From Pseudomonas phage vB_PaeM_GXNNA8, in sequence record PV400810.1: 64,000 nucleotides of DNA; one strand, 5' to 3'. Positions 18,639-27,451 of this stretch are shown here, piece by piece. A model generated the notes under the pieces. The model did no database searches and was not told the DNA's origin. It saw only the letters and a list, made by a program, of their open reading frames with translations. A program made the position numbers and the translations under genes. Within the stretch, counting starts at the first letter, position 1. Each line of letters opens with the position of its first letter.

Positions 18639-18995
18639 TTACTCGCTGGCGCTTGGTAGGGCTTCTTGGGCGGCACCCATTACCGAACCAGCCAGTTCAC
18701 CCGCGGTGATGGCGATCGACGCACCGAGCAGACCCGACCAGGCACTACCCAGAATGGTAGCTGGCGTACCGAGGTGTTGAACAGGGGACACCAGACGACC
18801 CGCCGCCCAACCGACGGTCACACCGGCCGCACCGGCGATCAGGGACGAACCGATGTTTTTGGTGCCATTGAAATGGGCGGCGGCACCCAGGACGCCTCCG
18901 ACGATCCCGGCGACAGTTGTGGCTGCGAAACCTTCCTTGCGCTCACCGGTGAAGGATTTGTTGGTGGTTTTGGCTTTGTCATTGGAAGTGGTCAT
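18639..18995 (-). CDS. glycine-zipper (GxxxG-repeat) membrane protein (118 aa)
   Basis: Multiple G/A-xxx-G/A zippers (VAGIVGGVLGAAA, IAGAAGVTVGWAAG, GLLGASIAITAGELAGSVMGAA) typical of the Gly-zipper 2TM family. Confidence 0.55.
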   Translation of the reverse strand: MTTSNDKAKTTNKSFTGERKEGFAATTVAGIVGGVLGAAAHFNGTKNIGSSLIAGAAGVTVGWAAGRLVSPVQHLGTPATILGSAWSGLLGASIAITAGELAGSVMGAAQEALPSASE

Positions 18996-19126
18996 GGGTG
19001 AGTCCTCGTTCGTGTGTAGGAAATGGGGAGTAAAACAGTTAACAACTAATAGGATTGTTGCTATTCACCCTGATTATTTAGATCTGAAAATAACTGTAAG
19101 TTAAATAAATAAACCAATAAGGAATA

Positions 19127-19156
19127 CCTACCCTAGTGGAGATCCACTAGGGTAGG
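19127..19156 (-). terminator. near-perfect 30-bp palindrome CCTACCCTAGTGGA-GA-TCCACTAGGGTAGG in an AT-rich spacer
   Basis: 14-bp arms. In the minus orientation it is followed by TATTCCTTATTGGTTTATTTATTT. Could also be an operator. Confidence 0.55.
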
Positions 19157-19193
19157 TTAATTGTTTTAATTCAATCGCGATTAAATCAAGTAT

Positions 19194-21539
19194 TCAGAAG
19201 AGATCCAACAGGACCAAGGGACTTCTTCGACTGACCACCCGAAGAGTGGCGACATTCTTATCGACGGCTGAGTAACTGAATAACCAGAGTTGATCACCTC
19301 CGGAGAATTGAATCAGTTTATCAATAACGTCCAGGTTATCCGTCTCTTTCATCGTTCCCTTGAATCCTTTCTCTATGAGATCGAAGTACTCCGGGAATCG
19401 ACTGCGCTTAATGATCAAGGGTTCTCCCGATGGATCCGGCAACGGCCCATTGCGCTTATTGATCACCGTGATGTGGAAGCGGCGTTCCAACGGTAGCTCC
19501 AACTTCTTCTGAGCTTCTTGGATTAGCCCGCCCTCTTCACTTTCTACGCCATCGTATTTCCCATCGGGAACGAACAGTTTCATTTGTTCCGTCAGGTAGT
19601 TACCCGGCCCTCCCGGTTCGTTGAACCGTCGGTACCCTTCAGGATGATCTTCTTCCAGGATCTTATCCAGCTCGTCGAAGTCCTCGACGATGTCGGTTAC
19701 CGACAGATGGTTCCGTGAGCTGGGTAAGCGTTCATACCCCAGGGAACTGACGAACCACGCATTCACCGTTGCGGTCAGACGAGTCCGAATGAACTCACCC
19801 AACTCCTCATCCAGAATCCCTTCATCCAGGTACTCCTTAACCGCTTTCATCCGGTGGTAATACGACGGGGAGTGATCGTCCTCCTTAAAGTCTTTAAACA
19901 GGAACGGGAGATCGTTCTTGAGTCGGATTTTATCCCGAGCGTCGGAACAGGTGAAGGTATCCCAGATCGTAGCAGAGAACGACGTGGCGTTGGTCCCTGG
20001 CATGTTCTTACTCAGGGCGGTGTTGGTCGTCACCACAGCCGCCATCAGCTTCTTAGACGTCGCGCTGACGATACCTTCGGACACCGTAACCACTGGGATC
20101 CCTTCCAATTCTTCACAGGTCTCCAGCGTGATCTCCAGGGACTTGGTATCTTCTACCACCTTCTCCACCGGCAGGACCACCACGTCATTACCGTCTTCCG
20201 TAGCTTCCAGCAACGGCAACAGCTTTTCAGGGCTAGACAGAGCAGTGACCATATCGAGTGTACGACTCCTTACAACAGTGCTGAACCAGCCGTTATCCTT
20301 TTCCAGGTCAATAATCACAATACGGAAACAACCCGGGAGGATACTCTCTTCTTGAGCAGACTGTTCAGGGTGGCGTTTATAAACCTTCTTTATCCGCTTC
20401 CAATCCGTTTCCGGAATCAGATAATGCTTGGGTTTACCGATGTAATGGAAATAACTGGTGAGATCAAACTCATCCTTGTTCTTAACGGTCAGGTTTTCAA
20501 GATCATTCCGGACCTTATTCCAGCGTTGAACTTCTGGGGGTTGGAACCGAGGATCTTCAGGGCGAGTATACCCCTGGTTGTCCCGTCTGGCCAGCTCAGC
20601 CCGTTTCCTCACCATTTCAAAGATGTCTTCAGTGGTTGGATCGTTCTGGGATTCCACGCCGTTGTTCGCTCCAAAGTTAGAATGAAGGAAGGCGGTTTGT
20701 GCTTCGTGGATCAGATGGCTCTCCGTCGTGGTTGGCGTCTTCACCTCGTACACCAGGGACGCATAAGGATTCGTACAACCTAACGTGTTACAGGCGAGGC
20801 TAAACGTATCCTTGAAATGCTCCAGGTTAGCGATCATTTTCTGGATTTCAGGGGTCAACCTATACGTGAACTGTCGGCCTGCCGGACTCTTGCACAACCA
20901 GGAGATCATCTCCATGGTTAAAACCGACCGATAGGCAAAGACTGCGGATCCCATATAGTCCGACGTCGTCAACTCCGAAGACCCTTGTTTACCCAGGACA
21001 ATCAGTCGCTGGACAAACATCGGCACAGAGGCCGTTGAGATAAAGCGGAGGGTTTCAGGGTACTTGTTCAGGTTGTTAACGAATTCATCCCGAATGGGAC
21101 ATTTAACCGGGGTTTTAGGAACAAAACGAAAGTTTTCTAAGGTCTCCCGGTATTCGTTATAGAACGCCCCTTGCCGTCTTCCTAGCTGCTGAATCAATTC
21201 CACCCCAGCACGGGAAAACTTCTCCAAGAAGAGTTGGTTACTATCTATTTCAGAATTCGCATTCTCCCGGATCTCCCGGAGCGCAGCGTCTTCATAGAGG
21301 GAGTTACCGTAGCGTTCCCAATGGATGGAACCCCCACCCCCACCCTGACTATTCCCTTGCAGGCCGTGTTCGAGGACACCACGGAGTTGCATGGACGGTG
21401 ACATCTGGTTGTACATACCTTGACGGGCGCCAAGGCCCATCGCCGTACCAGAAGCCCCGGGGATGGGTGCATTAGGATCTATTGAGACGGTTCCTCGGTT
21501 GACTTGTCCGGATGGACGGAGGATGTTTGCCATGGCCAT
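19194..21539 (-). CDS. large hypothetical virion-type protein (781 aa)
   Basis: Long ORF. No P-loop, so not a terminase. Function unknown (a portal or structural role is possible). Confidence 0.6.
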   Translation of the reverse strand: MAMANILRPSGQVNRGTVSIDPNAPIPGASGTAMGLGARQGMYNQMSPSMQLRGVLEHGLQGNSQGGGGGSIHWERYGNSLYEDAALREIRENANSEIDSNQLFLEKFSRAGVELIQQLGRRQGAFYNEYRETLENFRFVPKTPVKCPIRDEFVNNLNKYPETLRFISTASVPMFVQRLIVLGKQGSSELTTSDYMGSAVFAYRSVLTMEMISWLCKSPAGRQFTYRLTPEIQKMIANLEHFKDTFSLACNTLGCTNPYASLVYEVKTPTTTESHLIHEAQTAFLHSNFGANNGVESQNDPTTEDIFEMVRKRAELARRDNQGYTRPEDPRFQPPEVQRWNKVRNDLENLTVKNKDEFDLTSYFHYIGKPKHYLIPETDWKRIKKVYKRHPEQSAQEESILPGCFRIVIIDLEKDNGWFSTVVRSRTLDMVTALSSPEKLLPLLEATEDGNDVVVLPVEKVVEDTKSLEITLETCEELEGIPVVTVSEGIVSATSKKLMAAVVTTNTALSKNMPGTNATSFSATIWDTFTCSDARDKIRLKNDLPFLFKDFKEDDHSPSYYHRMKAVKEYLDEGILDEELGEFIRTRLTATVNAWFVSSLGYERLPSSRNHLSVTDIVEDFDELDKILEEDHPEGYRRFNEPGGPGNYLTEQMKLFVPDGKYDGVESEEGGLIQEAQKKLELPLERRFHITVINKRNGPLPDPSGEPLIIKRSRFPEYFDLIEKGFKGTMKETDNLDVIDKLIQFSGGDQLWLFSYSAVDKNVATLRVVSRRSPLVLLDLF

Positions 21540-23191
21540 GGTTCTCTTTTCTTGAGGCGTTTATCTGTTCGTTCGTAGAGTTCTTTAAATTGAGGGTCTA
21601 AGCCCGTTGTACGATTATTGATCAGATAAATGCTTGGATTAAGGAATCCCCGTGCATCAGGATTAGGATTCGTAACCCGTAAAAAACTATGAACAAAGGG
21701 AAGCGACGCGTGGGTAAAGGTTGAGCTGTCTGACGTGTCGAAGTCACCCCGTTTACGCTTACCACCACCGGTATAGACCTTGTGTTGGGGCATGCAGCCC
21801 AACCCGTAGTCTACGAACGGATTATCCGTAGGGGTGGGTTCCAGGATAAGGTTGGCGTATTGTGCATTGTCGATCTCCTTAATAGGGAAATTGTGAGTCA
21901 AGAACCTCGCCACCTTTTTCTGGTTGATTTCCGAGTTGTTCTTGATATCGTGCTTGAAGTTATTGGCAGACGTCAGCAGACTGTCCAGCGTGAATTCCAA
22001 ACTGGCCAAGTCTTTATTGAACGCTGACGCACGGTCGGTGGTCTGGACAATCTCACTGCGGTTCGCAATGATGTAGTTGAACAGATCAAACATATTGGTC
22101 ACTACGATCGATTTAGCAGCGAACTTCTTAATCGAATCTTCATCCAGGTACTCCCGGATGGAATCGAAGTGCTCATACATCAAACGCATGATGTACTCGT
22201 CACTGTCACCCGCCTTAACGGAACACCGCCCTATGATCAGCTTCCAATAGTCCGGATCATCCAACCGTTCAATATCAAAGTACGACGAACAACAGTTCGC
22301 AATGAACAATAAAGCACAGCTGTACTGTAACCCGACTGCGCTCAGTTCCTTACGACTGCTAGACTTGTTCCGTACCGCAATACCGATGTCCAAACTGACA
22401 TAATCACCTAACGAAGGTTTATTATCCGAAGCACGCTTAGGACCGGTAAAGACTTCCCACCGGTCTTCTGCCTTGCATTCGTTAAGCAGCGCATCCAGAG
22501 AGCCTATACGGAAGTCACACTCCGCATATTCCTCCATGGCCGTACTGAAGCCCATGTCCGCAAAGATATACCACGCCAACAACGGAACAGGGGTCTTACT
22601 GTCCTTGATCTTCCGGGATTCGGTTGGACTGTAGAAGCGGTTAGCCGCCAGGTTGATGTCCGTGTGACGATGGGTCTCAATCCCTGTGTCGGTAAAGACT
22701 TGACAGAAATTGAAATGCTCGATTCCAATCTTAAACTTGAAACCCAGCACTTTCACGAACAAGGCGTTCTCTTTCGTTACGGGTAGACCCTGTTCAGCGA
22801 GTACGATCTGAGGATTATACAACGATCCCCTCAACCACAGATCCCCGTACTTATTCGTATACGGGAGCATCGTGTAGGTGTAAAAGTCCGTTAACTTACC
22901 CCCTCGGTCCTTATACTGGATCCAGATCTTAACCGGATACAGGCTTTCCTTATGGACATCGAAGACTTTACGACTGCTGTTGATCAAGTAGTCAATGAAC
23001 TCCCGGGGTGAAGCCCGTGTGGTTTTCTTGTAAAAGACACCCCGTTTCTCAACACTTTTCAGAATGGCCCTCATGGAATGATCGAACACTCCTAACGCAT
23101 TACTAAACTCCTTCTGATGAAATCCATCCACCAGTAACTTATTGAACTTCGGCATGGAATTTTCAATGTGTTTAATGAGTTGCCGGTCCAT
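21479..23191 (-). CDS. hypothetical protein (570 aa)
   Basis: Long ORF overlapping the downstream gene by ~60 nt. Confidence 0.6.
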   Translation of the reverse strand: MDRQLIKHIENSMPKFNKLLVDGFHQKEFSNALGVFDHSMRAILKSVEKRGVFYKKTTRASPREFIDYLINSSRKVFDVHKESLYPVKIWIQYKDRGGKLTDFYTYTMLPYTNKYGDLWLRGSLYNPQIVLAEQGLPVTKENALFVKVLGFKFKIGIEHFNFCQVFTDTGIETHRHTDINLAANRFYSPTESRKIKDSKTPVPLLAWYIFADMGFSTAMEEYAECDFRIGSLDALLNECKAEDRWEVFTGPKRASDNKPSLGDYVSLDIGIAVRNKSSSRKELSAVGLQYSCALLFIANCCSSYFDIERLDDPDYWKLIIGRCSVKAGDSDEYIMRLMYEHFDSIREYLDEDSIKKFAAKSIVVTNMFDLFNYIIANRSEIVQTTDRASAFNKDLASLEFTLDSLLTSANNFKHDIKNNSEINQKKVARFLTHNFPIKEIDNAQYANLILEPTPTDNPFVDYGLGCMPQHKVYTGGGKRKRGDFDTSDSSTFTHASLPFVHSFLRVTNPNPDARGFLNPSIYLINNRTTGLDPQFKELYERTDKRLKKREPWPWQTSSVHPDKSTEEPSQ

Positions 23192-23203
23192 CCTACCACC
23201 TTA

Positions 23204-24355
23204 TCAGGAAGTACATAGTTTATACCCCGCAGCAAACACGGTTGCAATCGCCCCGATCGCCTTAGCCACTTCTCCCCAGTTGTTAGCGCTGGCCCGTTGG
23301 CGGGTGAACTCCAGATTCGCCTTACTCAAGGTCTTGTCCATTTCACTCCGTACTTTGGTCGCATCATTGTTGATTTGCAGCCGATTCACCTCCAGTTGAC
23401 GTTCATTTCTCGCTTGCATGAGTTCCAACCGATGAGCACTTTTGAGGTGGGTCAGCTCGATACCCAACTCAACACTCTTACGGACATTCTCGTCTACCAA
23501 GTCCTTCAGTTTGGAAATCTCGTTATTGGCTGAACTCAGTTGTTTATTCAGTTCAACCACTTTCTTCTCGGCAGTCATTGCCCGTTCTGTATTACCCCCC
23601 ATTTCGCATTCCGCTTTGGTCTTAAAGATACCCAGGAAACCCAGGGTTTCATCGCAGAGATGGTCAAAGGTGTAGAATAGCTTCTTCGGTAGTGAATTAC
23701 CGTAGGCCAATCCCACATACAACCCATGATCTTTATTCATCTCCCTGACCGTAGGGACCATTACCGCTTTACCCATGACATTGGTGTACAACGGGTTTTG
23801 AACACTCAGGGGATCGTTCAGATACACGTAGTAATGAAGACCTCCCGGCTCATCACTCTCACTGATCCCCCACTTCATCAGGTCATTGAGGGTGTAGTCT
23901 GGCGTATTCAGGGGATAGAGATCGCTGGTATTCTCTTCCCGGTTATACAACGTGATACCGAGGATATCACTGTGGATCGGTTCACCTTCCAGGTCTTCAA
24001 CCACATCCCTGTTCAGTTTGATCGTGACGCCGAAGTCATGATACTGCCGAATGTCCACGTGCGACTCTTTGCTCGACACAAAGCTCAGGTGAGCTTGGAT
24101 CTTATCAATCAACAGACGATCGAATTTACTCCGCGCTGCTGACTTATCAAAACTGAAATCACCGACATACAGACGATCGAATTTGATGTCAATCATCGCC
24201 CCGGGATACCACGAAGCCTCTAGCGGTTTGCGAATAAGGTAACTCAATCCCCCTTTCGCTTTGACAATAATCTGTTTGCTGCTCATATTAGTGATATCAT
24301 AAGTCAGCCGGAAATGCCGGTAGGGTGAAACATCATTCATGGTGAGGATCCTCAA
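23204..24355 (-). CDS. coiled-coil protein with C-terminal transmembrane anchor (tail-anchored), 383 aa
   Basis: Central heptad-rich segment (KKVVELNKQLSSANNEISKLKDLVDEN...) and a C-terminal hydrophobic AKAIGAIATVFAAGY. Confidence 0.55.
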   Translation of the reverse strand: MRILTMNDVSPYRHFRLTYDITNMSSKQIIVKAKGGLSYLIRKPLEASWYPGAMIDIKFDRLYVGDFSFDKSAARSKFDRLLIDKIQAHLSFVSSKESHVDIRQYHDFGVTIKLNRDVVEDLEGEPIHSDILGITLYNREENTSDLYPLNTPDYTLNDLMKWGISESDEPGGLHYYVYLNDPLSVQNPLYTNVMGKAVMVPTVREMNKDHGLYVGLAYGNSLPKKLFYTFDHLCDETLGFLGIFKTKAECEMGGNTERAMTAEKKVVELNKQLSSANNEISKLKDLVDENVRKSVELGIELTHLKSAHRLELMQARNERQLEVNRLQINNDATKVRSEMDKTLSKANLEFTRQRASANNWGEVAKAIGAIATVFAAGYKLCTS

Positions 24356-24461
24356 GTTAGTGTCAAGATCATCTGGTGCGCGGTCAGATAACCTATTGTC
24401 TTGTACCCAAGGATAATGTAGGTTTAAAATATTCCAATAAACGGTATAACTGCAAATATAA

Positions 24462-24495
24462 CCCTACCCACTCCCCGTTAAGGGAGTGGGTAGGG
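24462..24495 (-). terminator. hairpin CCCTACCCACTCCCC-gttaa-GGGAGTGGGTAGGG downstream of the putative MCP gene
   Basis: Same sequence as the 50288-50323 hairpin. A T-rich run follows in the minus orientation. Confidence 0.7.
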
Positions 24496-24572
24496 CTAAT
24501 GGTACACGCAATTTCCGTGAGGTACCTACTAAGGCAGCTCTGGATACTCAAGCCGCCCGTAATTCGCAGGAC

Positions 24573-26798
24573 TCACGGACCGGCGTTTGGGTCGGGTTTC
24601 GCATCCTTGATGTTCTCAACCTTGACACGTTTGACGGCCAGTTGGTTGATGAGACCTTTGTCGCTCAGCAGGTCTTCAGCATCTTCGATGACCAGAGAAC
24701 CAATGACCACGTTGAGCGGCCAGTGTTTGTAGCTCGGCAGGGTCATCACGACACCGAAGTCGCTGTTGTCACGCGTGATGTTACCCTGTACAACGACGTT
24801 CTCCTTCGATACCAGAACACCAATACCCGCCAGCGGGTTAATGGTTTCGTTGTTGGAATCGTTGGTCGGAACGATGTACATCTTACCGATCATGCTGTCG
24901 AAGTTGGTTTCAACCACTTTCAGGTTGTTGATCGGACCAATGGTCCGTGCATCACCCGAACGGAAGATGAAACGGCTCAAGTTCTGATGGACGACCACCG
25001 TCCAGGCGTTCTTGGTATTACCAGTGCTGTATTCTGCAATGGATGCCAAGCCGGACTTGGTGTTCAGGGCCGCAACGATATCGGCGATCTCGTTGGTAAT
25101 GGCCGATGCCACCGACACGAACACATCCGAAGAACTGTTAGCCGAGATCACATCAGACAGCTTGAAGCTACGGTTGATGGCGATCGGACTCACAAAGTGC
25201 TGACCCGCGAGCACTTCCGAACCTTGGTCGTTGGCAACCACCGGCTGACCAGTAATCGAGGTGACATACTCGATGTGCTTCTCAGCCGCTTGGAAAGCGT
25301 GAGCGGAGCACTGGTTGTTAATCACCACCGACATCTGGCTCAGTGCGAAGTCCAGGCTCGCCTGGTTGACGTCATCAGCCGAGATCGGGTATTTCACCGA
25401 GATCGGGGAACGACGTTTCACCGACAGGTGTTTCTTGGCATCGTACACTTCAATCCGATAACCGAAGTTACCGCGGTTGGTATTCGATACATTCTGGGTG
25501 GTAATAGCGCCGATCAGTTTACCTTCGGTGAAGGAGCGCATCAGAGCCTTAACCGTGCTGTCAGCGAAACCGATCTTGGTGACCACACCGGTGGTGATGT
25601 TGCGAACAGCGGTGATGGTCACAGTACCCGGTTGCAGGTTGAACTCGTTGGTCTGGCGTTGGTAGCTACCAGTCAGGCGGAAGGCCAGCAGCGGTTCGTA
25701 ACCTGCGGACTTGAAGCTGGCGAAAATGGTTTCACCCACCACTTTGCCGTCTTTGTCGCTCACCGAGAAGCCCGGCAGTTGTTTGACTTGCAGGTTCAGT
25801 TGACGCTCATCGCTGGACTGGGTGTTGCCGCCCGGTGCGAAGGTGTTGTTCGACATGGCGCCGGTTTTGATGAAGAACGAAATATCGGTGCCGTCCAACT
25901 TACCGCTCGCGGCGATGAGAGACACGGAGATGGAGTTGGATTCGAGTTCGTCGGTGGAATTCCACGGACGTTGACCTGGCGCTTGGGTCAGGGCGAGCAG
26001 GTTCGGAATCGATACCGGAACCGCCAGCATTTGGGTTTCGTGCTCACCACGACCGTAGGCGTCACCTTGCGGGTATTTCACAGGACGCGGGGCGATGACA
26101 CTGTCAGCAACGAAGAAGGCACGCTCTTCGCTCGCGGTATCTTCCGGGTAAACCGGGTAGACGGCCAGGGCTTCGTCTTTGAACATATCGCCGCTGCGGA
26201 GCAGGCCGAAGATCGGACGCAGTTCCGAAGCCGATTGCCACGGGGTGTTGCCGTACGCGTAGGTACCCAGACCCGCTGCACGAACGATCAGCTCGGCACC
26301 TTCGTCTTGATAACGCACACCGACGGTGGCGAACAGGGCTTCAGCGCCTTCGGTTTGAAGGTGGCTCTGGGCGTTCAGGGTCAGGTTGGCGGCACGGATC
26401 TCTTGCTCACGACCCTCGAAGTTCTGCATCGAGAAGCCTTCAGCACCTTCCACCTTGGCGAAGTTATCACCGGCTTCTTGGAAGATACGAACGCAGTCCA
26501 TGGGGATCAGGTCACGGCTCTTGCGTTCCAGGATACCTTGGACGATGTCGTAAGTAGCCGAGTTGAAGCCCGTGTGCAGGTCCAGGCCCTCGGTACCACT
26601 GACGTTCGGAAGCGAACGACCGATCAGACGGTTGACCAGAAAACCTTCCTGACCACCCGCACTCTGAAGAGTGCTACGGAAGTCTGCGAAGCTCTCGTTA
26701 CCGGTGATGTTGGAAAGACTACCGGCTACCAGGGACTTGCAGACATCGCTGAAAAGATTGTTGTCTCCATTAATGGAGGTTCGTAGTTGCTTTGCCAT
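24573..26798 (-). CDS. putative major capsid protein (jumbo-phage, phiKZ/SPN3US-type large MCP, ~741 aa) with N-terminal propeptide region
   Basis: The ~740-aa size matches the large MCPs of jumbo myoviruses. The gene shows strong codon bias. Several G/A-x-E sites (GNE, GQE, GAEGF, GAEAL) lie in the first ~150 aa, consistent with prohead-protease trimming. The gene is flanked by a hairpin terminator. Start refined to MAKQLRTS (track ORF 24573..26846). Confidence 0.5.
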   Translation of the reverse strand: MAKQLRTSINGDNNLFSDVCKSLVAGSLSNITGNESFADFRSTLQSAGGQEGFLVNRLIGRSLPNVSGTEGLDLHTGFNSATYDIVQGILERKSRDLIPMDCVRIFQEAGDNFAKVEGAEGFSMQNFEGREQEIRAANLTLNAQSHLQTEGAEALFATVGVRYQDEGAELIVRAAGLGTYAYGNTPWQSASELRPIFGLLRSGDMFKDEALAVYPVYPEDTASEERAFFVADSVIAPRPVKYPQGDAYGRGEHETQMLAVPVSIPNLLALTQAPGQRPWNSTDELESNSISVSLIAASGKLDGTDISFFIKTGAMSNNTFAPGGNTQSSDERQLNLQVKQLPGFSVSDKDGKVVGETIFASFKSAGYEPLLAFRLTGSYQRQTNEFNLQPGTVTITAVRNITTGVVTKIGFADSTVKALMRSFTEGKLIGAITTQNVSNTNRGNFGYRIEVYDAKKHLSVKRRSPISVKYPISADDVNQASLDFALSQMSVVINNQCSAHAFQAAEKHIEYVTSITGQPVVANDQGSEVLAGQHFVSPIAINRSFKLSDVISANSSSDVFVSVASAITNEIADIVAALNTKSGLASIAEYSTGNTKNAWTVVVHQNLSRFIFRSGDARTIGPINNLKVVETNFDSMIGKMYIVPTNDSNNETINPLAGIGVLVSKENVVVQGNITRDNSDFGVVMTLPSYKHWPLNVVIGSLVIEDAEDLLSDKGLINQLAVKRVKVENIKDAKPDPNAGP

Positions 26799-26880
26799 GG
26801 ATATAAATCCTGTTCGAGATGAGTAACAAACATGTTTGTTGCGCAATAGAACTGCACATAAAATGTGCGCAGCCTTTTAA

Positions 26881-27426
26881 TCAGGGGTTTTGAAGGTGGA
26901 TCAGCTTGAACACTTCAGCCAGAGTCAATTCCCCTAAACCTGCTTTCGGTACAGGACCGAAATGACTTTCCAAATAACCGACCCTTGCATAAAGTGTTTC
27001 CAATACAGCGGTTGAGATTGTTTTGGCTTGAAGTTTCTCCCAGCTAGCGGTGGCTTTATGTTCCCCTACCTCGACTCCAATGAGAATCACTTGACCATTA
27101 ACCGTCGATCGGAAATGATTGGCGGTACGAAGGAGGGTGGCTATTGCATCACTGTCCACCCCATTAAATGCTTCGGCTACCATCCCCGCATTATACCCAT
27201 GACCAAAGTACGCCGTAGGGTCAGGCATTTCTACACCAAAGACTTTGGCCGCCGCATACTGTAAAGCTACAAAGTTAGCCATTTCACCAAAGGTGATCTT
27301 GTCATGGTATGCAGAAATTTCTTTCAATCCACAGAGCGGGATGGATTGAGCCACCAGGGTGTCAACCAACTCCCCGGTTATCACATACAACTCGAACGGT
27401 AAACCGTTAGGGTATTTAAAAATCAT
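26881..27426 (-). CDS. hypothetical protein (181 aa)
   Basis: ORF divergent from the helicase gene. Confidence 0.5.
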   Translation of the reverse strand: MIFKYPNGLPFELYVITGELVDTLVAQSIPLCGLKEISAYHDKITFGEMANFVALQYAAAKVFGVEMPDPTAYFGHGYNAGMVAEAFNGVDSDAIATLLRTANHFRSTVNGQVILIGVEVGEHKATASWEKLQAKTISTAVLETLYARVGYLESHFGPVPKAGLGELTLAEVFKLIHLQNP

Positions 27427-27451
27427 CTACTTTACACTCTCAGGGGTTAGC

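Noticed and set aside
19194-23191. Terminase large subunit / RNAP beta or beta-prime among the large ORFs
   Set aside because: I found no Walker A P-loop, no NADFDGD, no RHGNKG-type catalytic motifs and no GGGTGSG tubulin (PhuZ) signature in any ORF of the window. These stay hypothetical.
24486-26786. 766-aa plus-strand ORF covering the capsid gene
   Set aside because: This is the antisense shadow of the codon-biased minus-strand MCP ORF. It is extremely R/V/G/H-rich with no Met start context. The minus-strand frame has an RBS, a hairpin terminator and sensible protein features.
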